Of a DNA stretch of 64,000 nt, positions 36,033-47,100 are shown piece after piece (within the stretch, counting starts at the first letter, position 1; every line of letters begins with the position of its first letter). The DNA lies in contig NC_058383.1 of the NCBI RefSeq assembly GCF_018350175.1, positions 25,174,001 through 25,238,000 on the forward strand. Direction: 5' to 3'. Made by a program: the position numbers and the translations under genes. The DNA is from Felis catus (Eukaryota). Under the pieces are notes generated by a model. The model was not told the DNA's origin. It saw only the letters and a program-made list of their open reading frames with translations, and searched no databases.

Positions 36033-36447
36033 GTATGGGCTTGAATGAAATGGCAATTCTGATGGATGGGCCCTGCCCTGGCCACATTCCTTCTGCCAGG
36101 ATGGTTAAAATTTAAGTGTGGTTTACTGCGAAGATGGCTACACATTAGTATCACCTAAAGAAACTCACCGCACCCCATACAGACCAATGAAATTACACCT
36201 AGTGTATTTGGGTTCAAACATCAGTATTTTCTTGAGGTTCCCCAAGAGATTCTAATGGGCGGCAATGGTTGAGAATCACTGAAATACACTGTGGGGTTTG
36301 TGTGAGAATTAAATTGGATAATTTGTTCATTCATTCATTAAAAAACATTCACTGAGTTCCAGATCTGGACAAGGCACTGTTCTAGGAGGTGGGAAAACAG
36401 CTGTGAACAAAGGCACTTACAGGAAAAAGTTTAGAAATATAAACTGT

Positions 36448-36678
36448 GGAGCCCCTGGATGGCTCAGTGGGTTAATCGTCCGACTTCAGCTCAGGTCATC
36501 ACCTCACAGTTAGTGAGTTCAAGCCCCATGTCGGGCTCTGTGCTGACAGCTCAGAGCCTGGAGCCTGCTTCGGAGTCTGTGTCTCCCTCTCTCTCTCTCT
36601 GTCCCTCCCCTGCTCGTGCTCTGTCTCTCTCTCAAAAATGAATAAATGTTAACAGAATTTTTTTAATAAAAAAATAAA
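36448..36678 (+). mobile_element. Can-SINE
   Basis: ggagcccctggatggctcagtgggttaatcgtccgacttcagctcagg head, (CT)n, A tail. Confidence 0.9.
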
Positions 36679-37657
36679 GCATGTACACTCAGAAATAATA
36701 ATACAGGATTTGAAGCAAATGGGGGTGATGTGGCCGAGAATGCTGGAGGCAAAGGTAGTGGGGAGACAGAGTGGCCTGGGAAGACCCCCCTCAGAGGAGC
36801 TGGTATTAGGGACCTGAATGACCAAAAAAGGTTACAGATCAGGAAAAGGGTGTTCCAGGCAGAGGCAAAGGTCCCAAGCAGTGTCTGCCTTAGGAGAGGG
36901 AAGGAACCGGCCTGGCTGACATGCTGACATAGGAGGGAGAGCACAGGGCTGAGGTGACAGGAAACGGGATGATGGAGTCCTGAGACGCCACCATATTGTA
37001 TGTGATGGCAGGCCCCTGGCTTCTCCATAAGACAGTGATGTGATCTAAGCTGTGTTTTAGAAGGAAATCTCTAAATTCTGTGTGATGAATGGATTGGGAG
37101 GAGAGCAAAAAGAATATAAGTAGAGAGGAGGCCACTGCTCCAGCTGGACCAGAGACGATGCTGGCTGGGACAGGAGGCTCTCAGTGTTGGAGACCAGGGA
37201 CATTTAGTGCTCAGAGCAGTGGTAACTGGTAGAAAGGCCCTCTGCATTAAATACTCTTATTCTTATTTATTCTTATTCATAAGAGTTTTCTATGATGGCA
37301 CTCCTCCCTGTGTGGGGGTGGAGGGTAGAGGCTGAATCTAGGCTTGGAATTGGCTGTGGCTGGGGCTGAGGGTTCCCCAGAGGGACACAGAGGAGCCACC
37401 AGGATTATCAGGCCAGAGCGGTGGGTGCAGGGAGAACCGGGGTTCCGGACAGGAGCAGGGGTCTGGGTGGGGTTGAGAGTACAGTGTCAGGGGTTGAGTC
37501 ACAATGGGGTCCAGAGTTTGAGGAGGAGATCTGTGATGAATCAAGGCTGAGCTGTGGTCAGAGAGGGTCGCAGGAAAGAGTAAAGAGTGTGGTGTGGAAG
37601 GTGGAAGGTGGAAGGTGGTGGAAGAGAAAGAGAAATGGGGCGGGGGGGAGACAGAGA

Positions 37658-37658
<1 letters not shown>

Positions 37659-37697
<39 letters not shown>
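37659..37697. repeat. (CA)n microsatellite
   Basis: Directly visible. Confidence 0.95.
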
Positions 37698-37698
<1 letters not shown>

Positions 37699-37860
37699 CC
37701 TGCACCCCTCCCACTCTCTTCCTGGAAATGTATACAGTTCACTTTTTTGCTCCCTTCAGTTGCTAAACAAAATTCAACTGAGTAAATTTTAAAGATCTTA
37801 TTGGCTTTATTCAATGATTAATGAATCAGGCAGTATCCCATGTAGCAGATGTTTGTTTGC

Positions 37861-38072
37861 TTTCATGTTTATTTATTTATTTTGAGAGAGAGAGAGCATT
37901 CATGAGCACAAGCGGTGGGAGGATTAGAGAGAGAGGGAGAGAGAGAATCCCAAGTAGGCTCCCCTCTGGCAGCACAGAACCCAACTGGGGGCTCGATCCC
38001 ATGAACCATGAGATCATGACCTGAGCTGAAATCAAAAGTCAGACATTTAATGGACTGAGCCACCCAGGCACC
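37861..38072 (-). mobile_element. Can-SINE
   Basis: tttattt tail...gagccacccaggcacc. Confidence 0.9.
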
Positions 38073-38129
38073 TCTTTGCTGGTTTCTTTTTTTTTTTTTT
38101 TTTTTACAAGTATTCCTCAGCTTTGTTAT

Positions 38130-38980
38130 TTGTATATTTGTTTATTCTTACTGAAATGTAATTAACCTACAGTATTATATTAGTGTCTGGTGTGCAAAAC
38201 GATTCAACATTTCTATGCATTACTCAGAGCTCATCACAATAAGTGTACCCTTAATCCCCTTCATCTGTTTCACCCATCCACTCACCCACCTCCCCTCTGG
38301 TAAACTCCAGTTTGTTCTCTGTATTTAAGATTCTGTTTTTTTGTTTGTCTCTTTTTTTTTCTTTGTTTATTCATTTGTTTTATTTCTTAAATTCCACATA
38401 TGAATGAAATCATATGGTGTTTGTCTTTGTCTTACTTATTTCATTTAGCATTATACTCTCTAGGTGTATCCATTGCAAATGGCAAGATTTAATTCTTTTT
38501 TTATGGCTGAATAATATTCTGTTATATGTATACACCACATCTTCTTTACCCATTCATCTATGGATGTACACGTAGGTTGCTTTCATCTCTTGGCTATTGT
38601 AAATAATGCTATAATAAACATAGCGTTACTTTATTTTTTCAGATTAGTGTTTTTGTTTTCTTTGGGTAAATATCCATCAGTGGCATTACTGGATCATATG
38701 GTAATTTCAGTTTTAATTTTTTGAGAAAACTCCACCCTGTTTTCCACACTGGCTGCATTCCTACCACACAGGATTCCTATCCACACAGTTTGCATTCCTA
38801 CCAATAGTGCAAGACGATTCCTTTTTCTCCACATCCTTGCCAACACTTGTTATTTCCTGTCTTTTTGAGTCTAACCATTCTGACAGGTATGAGGTGGTAT
38901 CTCATCATGGTTTTGATTTGCATTTCCTTGACAGTGAGTGATACTGAGCATCTTTTCACGTGTCTTCTGGCCATTAACAT
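38130..38980 (-). mobile_element. L1 3' end (ORF2 C-terminus plus 3' UTR)
   Basis: Minus-strand translation ...[30 protein letters not shown] is L1 ORF2-like. Confidence 0.88.
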
Positions 38981-39118
38981 GCAGGAATACTCTTGTCAAA
39001 GGTCTTTGGGGGAGCCCACCATAGCCCTGATCAGCCTGGCCTGCACTCCGATGCTCTGCCATCCACTCAGGCCAAATGACTCGCTTTGGTTGATTTCATT
39101 TGACTGTGTGGTTCTCTC

Positions 39119-39326
39119 TCTTTTTTTTTTTTTAACATTTATTTTTGAGAGAGAGTGTGTGAGCAGGGGAGGGGCAAAGAAAGAGAGGGAGACACAGAAT
39201 CCAAAGCAGGCTCCAGGCTCCATACTGTCAGCACAGAGCCTGATGCAGGGCTCAAACCCACGAACCTCAGGATTATGACCTGATCCAAAGTCAGGCACTT
39301 AACCAGCTGAGCCACCCAGATGCCCC
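39119..39326 (-). mobile_element. Can-SINE
   Basis: T tail, gagccacccagatgcccc; tggttctc on both flanks. Confidence 0.9.
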
Positions 39327-40059
39327 GATCGCATGGTTCTCAACCTACAGACTGCAAGACAGAATTATCTGTGACTATCAATGGCAACACATGGATCTCA
39401 TTTGGACCCCAATTCAATCAAACTTTAAATTATGAGATAACTGGGTTAATTTTCACACTGTTTGGATATTTGATAAGAAGTTATTGTTCATTCTGTTAAG
39501 TAGGATAATAGTATTGTGGTTATGTTTTATTTTTAAAAGAATACCTTTTAACAATTCATAATTCATTATTTATGGATGGAATAATGTTAACATACGGGAC
39601 TAGCTTCAAAACAGTTCAGGGCAGGAAGTGATAAGAATGTAAACAAGATTGGTAGTGACAGTAAACCTAGTTGAATGATGCTGGAGGCACACCAACCAGT
39701 CTACTTTTGCATATATTCAAAATTTTCCAAATAGAAAGTTAAAAATAAAAGAATCATTTGGGGAGCTTTTAAAACATACAGCTATCTGGGCACTACTCTA
39801 GTGATTCTGAATTAGTTGGTCTGGGTGGAGGCCTAGCATAAGTACTGTTTAAACAGCTCCATGTGAATTTCAGGATAAGAAGTGCTAATGGAGCACAGGT
39901 TCTTTATCATATGCCCACAACTACCTTGGGAGGCAGGCACTACTCACTCATTCTACAGATGGAGATGCTAAGCTCTAACAGTGGACTTACAAATTTGAGG
40001 AGTCCAAGATCTAAGGTGTGAGTGAAGTGTAGGGGCATGGGCAGCATGGTGATTTAGAC

Positions 40060-40262
40060 GCTAAGTTTGAGAACTTTTCAGGCAGAGAGGCAGATAATAA
40101 ATACTTTTGGTGTCACTGGCCACATACAGTCTCTGTTGCAACTACTGAACTTGGCCATTATAGTTAAAGCAGCCAGACAATAGCAAAAGAATGGATGTGG
40201 CTGTGATCCAATAACACTGAATTTACAAGAACAGGCAGGGAGTCAGTTTGCTGAACGCTGGT
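40060..40262. mobile_element. MER58-like hAT relic
   Basis: cagataataaatacttttgg...tctctgttgcaactactgaac...ggatgtggctgtgatccaataac. Confidence 0.65.
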
Positions 40263-40558
40263 TTACACCACAGGCATTGGGCTTAGATGTACCTGAGCCC
40301 ACGTGCTCCTTCATCTACCTGTTGGGTGGTTTTGTATGAGTCTCCACCTTGGTGAAGGGGGCATCATAACTGTACCTACCTCATAGACATGCTGTAAGGG
40401 TTAACAAGATGGTGAAGGTAAAGCTCAAATACTAGCTTAATACATAATGATGTTACTTAGTATTATGGGCTAGCCTGATACCGGGTACTGGGGCTGCAAT
40501 GGTCAGGAAAGAGTCAGGGTTGGGATTTCAGTGCATAGGAGAAACAGGGTAGGGTCCC

Positions 40559-41443
40559 TGTGATACTGTGATTTGTAAGTGTTACACAAAATTCAGCCTA
40601 GGAAATTTGAAGATCTAATTGGTTTTATTAAGCAATTCATGACTCAGGCAGCATCCAATCTAGCAAGTAGAGAGATGCTCCCAGCGGTTGTACAAAATGG
40701 AAGGTTTTTATAGGCAGGAGAATGGGGCAACATGTTATTAGCCAACAAATGAAAGGATTGTTTCAGGCCAGAGCATCTTTTGTTGGGAAGGTAAAAGCAT
40801 GTTTTTTTGTTGTTTTTGTTGTTTTTGTTTTTTTTAATCATGCATATTATCTTACTACTGCTGATCAGGAAATTTCAGGTTGACTTTTAAAAGGTCACAT
40901 TCCTATGTATACAATGGAATATTACCCAGCCATCAAAAAGAATGAAATCTTGCTATTTGTAACTACTTGGACGGAGCTAGAGTGTATTATGCTAAGCAAA
41001 ATAAGTCAGTCAGAGAAAGACAAATACCATATAATCTCACTCATATGTGGAATTTAAGAAACAAAACAGATGAACATGTGGGAAGGAGAAAAAAAGAGAG
41101 AGAAGGAAACAAACCGCGAGAGACTCTTAAAGATAGAGTACAAACTGGGTGTTGATGGAGGGAGGTGGGTGGGGGATGGGCTAGATGGGGGATAGGTACT
41201 AAGGAGGGCACTTGTTATGACGAGCACTGGGTGTTGTATGGAAGTGATGAATCACTGAATTCTGTTCTGAAACCAATGCTGTACTGTATGTTAACTGACT
41301 AGAATTCAAATAAAAATTTTAAAGAAAAAAATTACAAATAGAAGGTCACATTCCTGGGGTAGGTTGAAACTGCAATTAAGTCTTGCTTCCTATGGGGGGG
41401 GGGGTGCAAATTACTCTATTGGGGCTTGTTTTTCTTTTTTAAC

Positions 41444-41479
<36 letters not shown>

Positions 41480-41715
41480 TGGGCATTCAGATGACCAGAT
41501 ACATTCTGATATTTATTTGGTCTTCATCCATAGTTCCTGGACCAAAACCCTTGGAATTTCCTGAGCAATAAAAGCAGAGGAGCATCTTTTGTTACAACAT
41601 TTGGTCTCTTGTCTTCAGTTCCTAAAAAAAAATGCTTCAGAGCATAAACCACAGGGTACTCAGAACCCCTTTCTTTAAAAAACAAAACAAACCGAAAAAA
41701 AAACCCATTCTTACA
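40559..41715. mobile_element. Nested cluster: MER21-like LTR containing an ERV LTR (40580-41444) containing an L1 3' end (40905-41341)
   Basis: L1 flanked by 14-bp TSD aaggtcacattcct (40891-40904, 41342-41355); inner LTR TGTTA...TAACA; outer tgtgatactgtgat...tttggtcttcatccatagttcctgg...aaaacccttggaatttcctgag. Confidence 0.7.
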
Positions 41716-42439
41716 ATTTGAGTCCCGACTTGCAAGTGCCTGGTCCCTGCTGTGAGTTTCAAAGGCCTGCTTTGCAACCCCAAATCAAAAATCTGGCTCT
41801 GTTCTCTGTTGCAGTCTCAGCCTTCCCATCCAAGGCAGGACTTGATTGAATGATGGAAGGTACAGGGTATCAGGGTGGGGGAGCCTCAGTTAATGTCTCA
41901 AAATATTGTCCACTGCACCCATTTTGCAGTGGGTCACTAGAGAGACAGTATATCATTGTGGTTAGGGGCATGGATTCTGTAGCTAGATTGCCTGGGTCTA
42001 TGACCTATGAGCTGTGTGACCTTTCTGTGCCTTGTTTTATAGTCATTAAATGAGGATTATAATAATGCTATTCCTACCTCATAGGGTTGTCATAAGAGAT
42101 GTGATGGCATGGAAGGCACTGGAACAGTGCCTGGCACATGCCAAGTATGTTAAGTACCTTTTTACTCATAAAATTTAGAGCTAGAGTTGGTCACATTCTC
42201 TATATTTTAGGCCGAAAAATTACATTAGATCTATTTTTTTAAAGCCTTCAGATAGTCTGACAAACCTATTTCCCAGGCAAAAACCATTTATTCATTCTTT
42301 CATGTATTTATTCTCACCACTTGTCCATTTTCCTACCATAAATACCAGGTGCTAGGACTACAGCAGTCAACAAAGAAGTTAAAATACTTATAAATTTAAT
42401 CCAAAGGTGTGACGTAGAATATACCTGCTATAGGTCATT

Positions 42440-42445
42440 TCCTTT

Positions 42446-42505
<60 letters not shown>

Positions 42506-42696
42506 TTTTTTAAGTTTATTTATTTTGAGAGAAGAAAGAGCGTGAGCAGAGGAGGACCAGAGACAGAAAATCTCAAGCAGGTTCGGTGCTGGCAGTGCTG
42601 AGTCCGACACAGGGCTCCATCCCACAAACCGTGACATAATGTCCTGAGCCAAAACCAAGAGCTGGACGTTTAACTGACTCAACCACCCAGGCACCC
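42440..42696 (-). mobile_element. Can-SINE with (TTTC)n tail microsatellite
   Basis: 15-bp TSD tacctgctataggtc at 42422-42436 and 42702-42716. Confidence 0.92.
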
Positions 42697-42917
42697 ACTC
42701 CTACCTGCTATAGGTCTTCTTCTTCAAGACACTCAGGTAGTCCACGCTACACAGAGAAATAGCTCTATGCTTCAGGAGTACTTACAAAGATCTGAAGAGG
42801 TGATTCTATGCTCTAAATTGTTAGGGAAGACAGGAAGACATAATTAGGGAAAGTGGAACTTACAGAAAGGAAGCTTCTGATCCAGACCATTCTACCATTC
42901 TAACAATTAAAAAATGT

Positions 42918-42956
<39 letters not shown>

Positions 42957-43025
42957 AGGAAGGAAGGAAGGAAGGAAGAAAAGAAAGAAAATGAAAAAAA
43001 GAAAGGAAAGGAAAAGAAAAAAAGG
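42918..43025. repeat. (GAAA)n(GGAA)n purine tract
   Basis: Directly visible. Confidence 0.95.
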
Positions 43026-43311
43026 AATGTACTTTTATAGGAAAGTACCTAGGATATATTTCACATTATGGAGCAAGAAAATCAGAACACTGAACAATAT
43101 GCATAGCTGAGTCCATTTATGCTTAAAATTGTACATTCAAATGTGCATTTATATAGGAATTTTCAATATGTATAAGGATCCATTCCAAACTGTTAATAGT
43201 AGCTTTCTCAGAGGTGGGACTATGAGAGACATTTTTATTTTCTACTTAACATGTTTTTATTGCATTGCTTGGAATTTTTACAAGTGTGACCTACAATTAT
43301 GACTTAAAAAA

Positions 43312-43436
43312 ATGTTTGTTTATTTATTTATTTTGAGAGAGAGAGAGAGGGAGGCAGAGGGAGAAAGAGAATTCCAAGCTGACTCCATGCTGTCAGCACA
43401 GAGCCCCAGGGGCTCAATTCCTGGCACCTCATGACT
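43312..43436 (-). mobile_element. 5'-truncated Can-SINE
   Basis: tttattt tail, GA repeat, tgctgtcagcacagagccc; head missing. Confidence 0.8.
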
Positions 43437-43974
43437 TTTAAAAGAAATATTTACAGTTGAGAAAAACTGTTCAAAAATCAAATGGGATACATGAATGAGA
43501 AGTGAGGTCATGAGCTTCCCATTATAAGGGGCATTCAAGCAGGAGCTGGAGGAGTGTGAAGCAGAAGCGGTGATGGGGAATTTACCCCTTATTTCTGGGG
43601 TCCAGAGGCTCATCCCAGGACTCTGGAGTGGGACTCATCTCTACAATAGTCTCACCTATTGCCTGGGAAGCCAGTGGGCTCAAATGCTGGCATGTGATTT
43701 GGCTTCGTGGAGCTCTGAGCAGGGCCCTGCTGCTCTGAACTATCCCTGCACAGTTTACGTAGGGGCTGAGGTTAAGCTAACACTTTGCATCTCTTCCAGT
43801 GCTACTGCCATGTGTGGGCACTGCTAGGGAGCAGTGGGCCATGGTCGGGCCGTGTTCTCCATAAACAAACTGGCTGGGCAGGGAAGGAGAGTCGGGAAGG
43901 GAATGATGACGTGGTGCCCTGCCACCTGTGTTGATAAGGACTCCTGTTCCTCCTTGTGGCCCTACAAAATAGCC

Positions 43975-44176
43975 ATGGAGCTGCTATGGATCTCCCTGCT
44001 GCTGGCTGCCTCTCGCGGCTCCACTGTCCAGGGCTTCCCAGAGGAGGACGTCAAGGAAGCCAGCATCAACATATCCCAGCCTTTGCATATTGTGGAGGAA
44101 GGCAACCTGCTGGTGCTAACACCTGCTGGCCTGACCCAGATGCTGAACCAGACCCGCTTCCTCATGGTGCTCTTCC
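43975..44176 (+). CDS. PDILT: PDILT first coding exon ([10 protein letters not shown]...[13 protein letters not shown])
   Basis: Kozak context gccATGG at 43975; donor TCC|GTGAGT; 202 nt. Confidence 0.95.
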
Positions 44177-47100
44177 GTGAGTGTCCCCCACTCCTGGGTG
44201 ATGGGTGATGGGTAGGGTGAGATCTATCTCTTTGCTCCTGGAAGCCAGAGAAGTTTTATATATTGCTGAACAGATGAGAACACATATTATTAACATATTT
44301 AAAATTAATATGGATATACTATCATTCCCGATTTCCAGATGAGAATGCTGAGGTCCAGGGATGTTAAGCAATTTGCAAAATACTACGCTCGATTTAGTCT
44401 TGATTTGTATGTTTCTCCTCTGTACCACTGAAGGTAAAAACCCAACTTTTACTCATCAGTGTCTTTATATTCTGAAATTCAACTTTCCCCTCTGTTACGA
44501 GGGCAGGAGCATCCCGACCATACTGGATTGCTGTAAAGATTAAATGAGATAACATGTTAAGTGGCTGGAACACAAGCAGAGGGCAATAAATGGTGGCAGC
44601 TATGGGCAAGCTCTTGAGCAAAGATTTGCAGACCATCACCTTTATCTGAACTCTGCCTGTCCACTTTTGTTGTTTGGACTGTTGTTCTTCATTTCAATGG
44701 ACATTTCTTCTTTTCCCTGGGGCACTGGGCACAGAGCTGTGCCCTTGGGAGGGATTTTCATAACAGCCCTCACATAGTCAGTACTAACTGTGTGCTGGGC
44801 ACTGTCCTTAGTGCCCCACGAAACGTTAAGTTAGTTGATCTTCACAACAACCCAGCATGGTGGCACCATTTGTCTCCCTATTTTATAGCTGAGGAAACAG
44901 AAGCTCAGAGAGGCCAAGCGATTTGCCCAAGGTCACAGAGCTCACAAGTGGGGACTACAAACCCTGTGCCACACCACTTCCCACGTGCAAGGATTGGGAG
45001 GATACAGAAAGTAGATGTCAACACTGGATTCCAGAATCCTGCCTCCAGAGCCACTCCTGGGAAATGTCTGGCTGTGTGTCAGTCCCCAAAGACCTGCTGC
45101 TGGTCTGTACCTGGCCTGACTAGCATCCAGATTCCCTGAAGCCTGGCAAGGACTCAGGTTCCAGAGCTGGGCAGTGAGGTACAAGTGCTGCCCCTTCTTG
45201 GTTTCTGCCCCTTTCCATGCAGCCCCTCCCCCTATATTCTCTTCTCCTCCTCTTGGTTGCTGCTGTGGCATAGCCCTTTCTCCCTTCTGTCAGTTTGCCT
45301 TCCACTAACCCTGATGCCTCAAAGGCTTCCTTTTCTCTCCAGTGTGACCAGTGCATGTCCTGGGATGAAGTTCAGTGCTTAGAGGTTCACGGTCCTAGGC
45401 TCAAACGCAGGACTCTGCCACTTACTGGTCAGATGACCTTGAGCAGGTGACCTGGATCACTCTGAGCCTCTCTTTACTTGGCTGTGAAATAGGGAATTCA
45501 GCAATAGGATATAATTCCTAGTGTGCTTCTCACAGTGCCTAGTGCATAATATGAGCTTAAGAAATGTTTTGGCTGCCATTCTCTTTATCATTATTAGATT
45601 CCTCTGCACAAACATGCTAATAATTTCTCCCTTGCAGGTTGCTGTGGTGATGAAAATGGGTTCAAGTATGCAGTCATGAGTGCCTAGTGAGCACCCATTG
45701 GGCACAACTATTATTATTGCATTCTGATTCATCCTACTTTTACTCAGGTCTGCTCAGTGCCAGGCCTTGGGTGGGTCCGATGGGAGCCCCAGAGAAAAGA
45801 GGCCTTGGTTTCTGCTCTCCGAGACTTTGTAGTTGAATCCATACTCATGCCATTAGAATAGTCTGAACTGTATACACTGAGTGTCTCATGGAGAAGTGAC
45901 AGCTTGGAATTGTCCTCAGAAATGGTTCTCCAAGCTGCAAACCAGCTGAGCAGCCTCCTCTGGCTTAACTCCTGCATCCTCGCATCCTAGAATGCGCTAG
46001 GGTCTCTAGTACAATTCAAATGCATCTTGAAACTTGAAGGTTGGCCTGAAGTGAGAGAAATCTTCACTATTTGGCCTCCCAGTGATGCCCAGTGATGGGC
46101 AATCTTTAGCCAGAGCAGTGGAGTGAACCCTTTGGAATCTATTGTTACTGACATCAGTATTTACCAAAGACCACATGCCAAGCACTGGTAAATCCTAAAG
46201 TGTTTTGTTGTTGTTGTTGTTGCTTTTTATAACTTGACTCACCCACACACTTTGTCTATAGATGACATCAAGGTTTGGAGTAAAGTACACAAGTTTGGGA
46301 GCCAGGCAAGCCTGAGTGTAAAGTTCACTGCCATGAACTAGATATGTGGCCTAAGGTACATTTCTTTGTGTCTCACCTTCTTTATCTGTGAAGTGGGAAT
46401 AATGAAAGTGGTAGAGTCATTATAGGGATTGACTAAATATCTATGAAGGATCTGGCACATGGAAAATGCTCAGTAAATGAGTCTTCATCCTCCCTTGGCC
46501 CCAAACACATGATCAACTTTCTATCAGTTAGGACTGGGTTCAGCTTCAAGGAATAAAAAAAAAAAAAATCTGCTAATGATGACTTAAATCCAAGATTTAT
46601 CTCATATTCTCATATGTAGACCAGGTATAGGCAATCAATGGCTGTCCTAGTAGCTTCACAGTATCAAGGACCCAGGCTCCTCCTATCTTCTTGCTCCATC
46701 ACCCCTGATATATTGTATGTAGCCTGCGGTCGCAAGATGGTTGTGGCACTTCTTGCATTGCACTGCACATTTTGCTAGGGAAAAAGAGGGGCAGGCAAAT
46801 AGCAAAAGGACAAAATACATGTCAGCCAAGTATGTTCCTTGAAAAAAACAAAAACAAAAAAAAACTTTTTCAGAAGCTCCACCAGTGACTTTTGTTATAT
46901 CTTATTGGCTAGAACTGTGCCATGGCTATCCCCAAATGAGGAGTCTGAGATGGTGAATATTTTAGGTTTCTGTCCTCAATGGTTCAGGAAGCAAAGAGCT
47001 TGGGAATGGCTGATTCACAGTATTTGCCACAAGATCCAAGGTTGTAGGCTAATTTAAGTGTGCCAAACATTTTACTAGTTCTTTGTACATTGTGGCTCAA

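Noticed and set aside
35562..36115. Two overlapping 150-aa ORFs between the genes
   Set aside because: No recognisable domain, partly MIR-like; expected by chance in GC-richer sequence
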